Assembly: GCA_963848285.1 (NCBI GenBank)
Contig: CAWKCZ010000007.1
Coordinates: forward strand, 361,597-425,596
Direction of reading: 5' to 3'
Length of the DNA stretch: 64,000 bases
Source: an uncultured delta proteobacterium
GTDB lineage: Bacteria > Desulfobacterota > Binatia > Binatales > Binataceae
Position numbers and translations under genes: made by a program
Shown: in pieces, positions 63,343 to 64,000 of the stretch
Position numbering within the stretch: position 1 is the stretch's first letter
Layout of the letters: every line of letters starts with the position of its first letter
The notes under the pieces: model-generated
Told to the model about the DNA's origin: nothing
Seen by the model: the letters and a program-made list of their open reading frames with translations, nothing else
The model's database searches: none

Positions 63343-64000
63343 CGCCTTCAGCTCTGCGGCCAAATCCGCGGGTCGCCGTCTTGCCCTGATCGATAGCGGC
63401 CTGCAGGCTGAAGAAGCCATGCACCACGCCGTCGTAGCGTTTCACGTCGACTTTGTTGCCGGCCTGCTTGAGCGCCTCGGCGTATGCCTCGCCCTCATCG
63501 CGCAAGCGGATCATGCGAGGCGGTGATGATATGCGCGGGAGGCAGATTTTTCAGGTCCTTGGCGCGGATCGGCGACGCGTACGGATTCTCGCCGTCCTTC
63601 GATCCTTCGAGAGTAGTGGCCCCAGAACCACACCATGTCGGCCTTCGAGAGCACGAAGCCGTCGGCGGTGAATTCCTGGTGCGACGGCGTATCCATCGCG
63701 GCGTCGGTCACCGGGTAGATCAGCATCTGATGGCGAATGCGTGGGCCGCCGCGGTCGCGCGCCATCAGCGCGATTGCCGCCGCGAGGTTGCCTCCGGCGC
63801 TGTCGCCGCCGACCGCGATATGGTCCGCGTCGCTGCCGAGCGAGGCCGCGTTCTTCGCCACCCATTGCGTCGCCGCATAGCAGTCCTCGGGCGCGGCAGG
63901 AAATTTTGCTTCCGGCGCGAGGCGATAATCGACCGCCACCACTGTACATCCGGTCTCGTTGGTCAACGCGCGGCACACGTAGTCATGGCTTTCGAGGTCG
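63343..64000 (-). CDS. Alpha/beta-hydrolase-fold esterase/lipase (HSL family); frameshifted; runs off the window end
   Basis: ...VVAVDYRLAPEAKFP...HIAVGGDSAGGNLAAAIALMARDRG / ...[36 protein letters not shown]... Confidence 0.65.

Overview
High-GC (about 65-68%) bacterial chromosomal segment with core housekeeping genes: tlyA-xseB-xseA-bioD, ctpA, tlpA-lgt, dtd, trmL, metH, cca, panB-panC and gmd. Other calls include a Tad/Flp minor-pilin module (tadG-like plus two tadE-like genes), an ABC importer (ATPase, two permeases, lipoprotein), an ECF sigma/anti-sigma pair, a PerR/Fur-rubrerythrin-FeS(CCG)-DUF3501 operon, a tandem acyl-CoA dehydrogenase pair and a KirBac-type K+ channel. At least 30 of the conserved genes can only be reconstructed by joining 2-7 reading-frame segments, so frameshifts are pervasive. 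Intact genes cluster in a few stretches: 26.1-31.4 kb, 35.4-41.1 kb, 42.3-48.8 kb and 56.6-59.3 kb. Five findings stand out. (1) A candidate selenoprotein: a Prx/Bcp-like redoxin fused to a DsbD-N-like domain, with an in-frame TGA exactly at the redox motif (W-U-P-Y-C) and a GC hairpin 15 nt downstream. (2) A roughly 9-kb lower-GC accessory island (about 45.4-54.3 kb). It carries a histidine-kinase remnant, two Cys-rich secreted proteins, a specialised NusG paralog, two nearly identical 2-kb direct repeats each encoding a large outer-membrane beta-barrel protein, and between them an AT-rich gene for a novel sigma-70-region-4-like HTH protein. (3) A roughly 170-bp imperfect palindromic element with compensatory arm changes, three copies. 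(4) A GTCATCCTGAcG...GGAAGGATCTCGAAAC inverted-repeat MITE-like element, two loci. (5) A 22-35-bp REP-like palindrome CCCCTTCCC-N4-GGGAAGGGG, five or more copies. No rRNA, tRNA or CRISPR arrays were seen. All calls rest on manual translation and motif recognition only.
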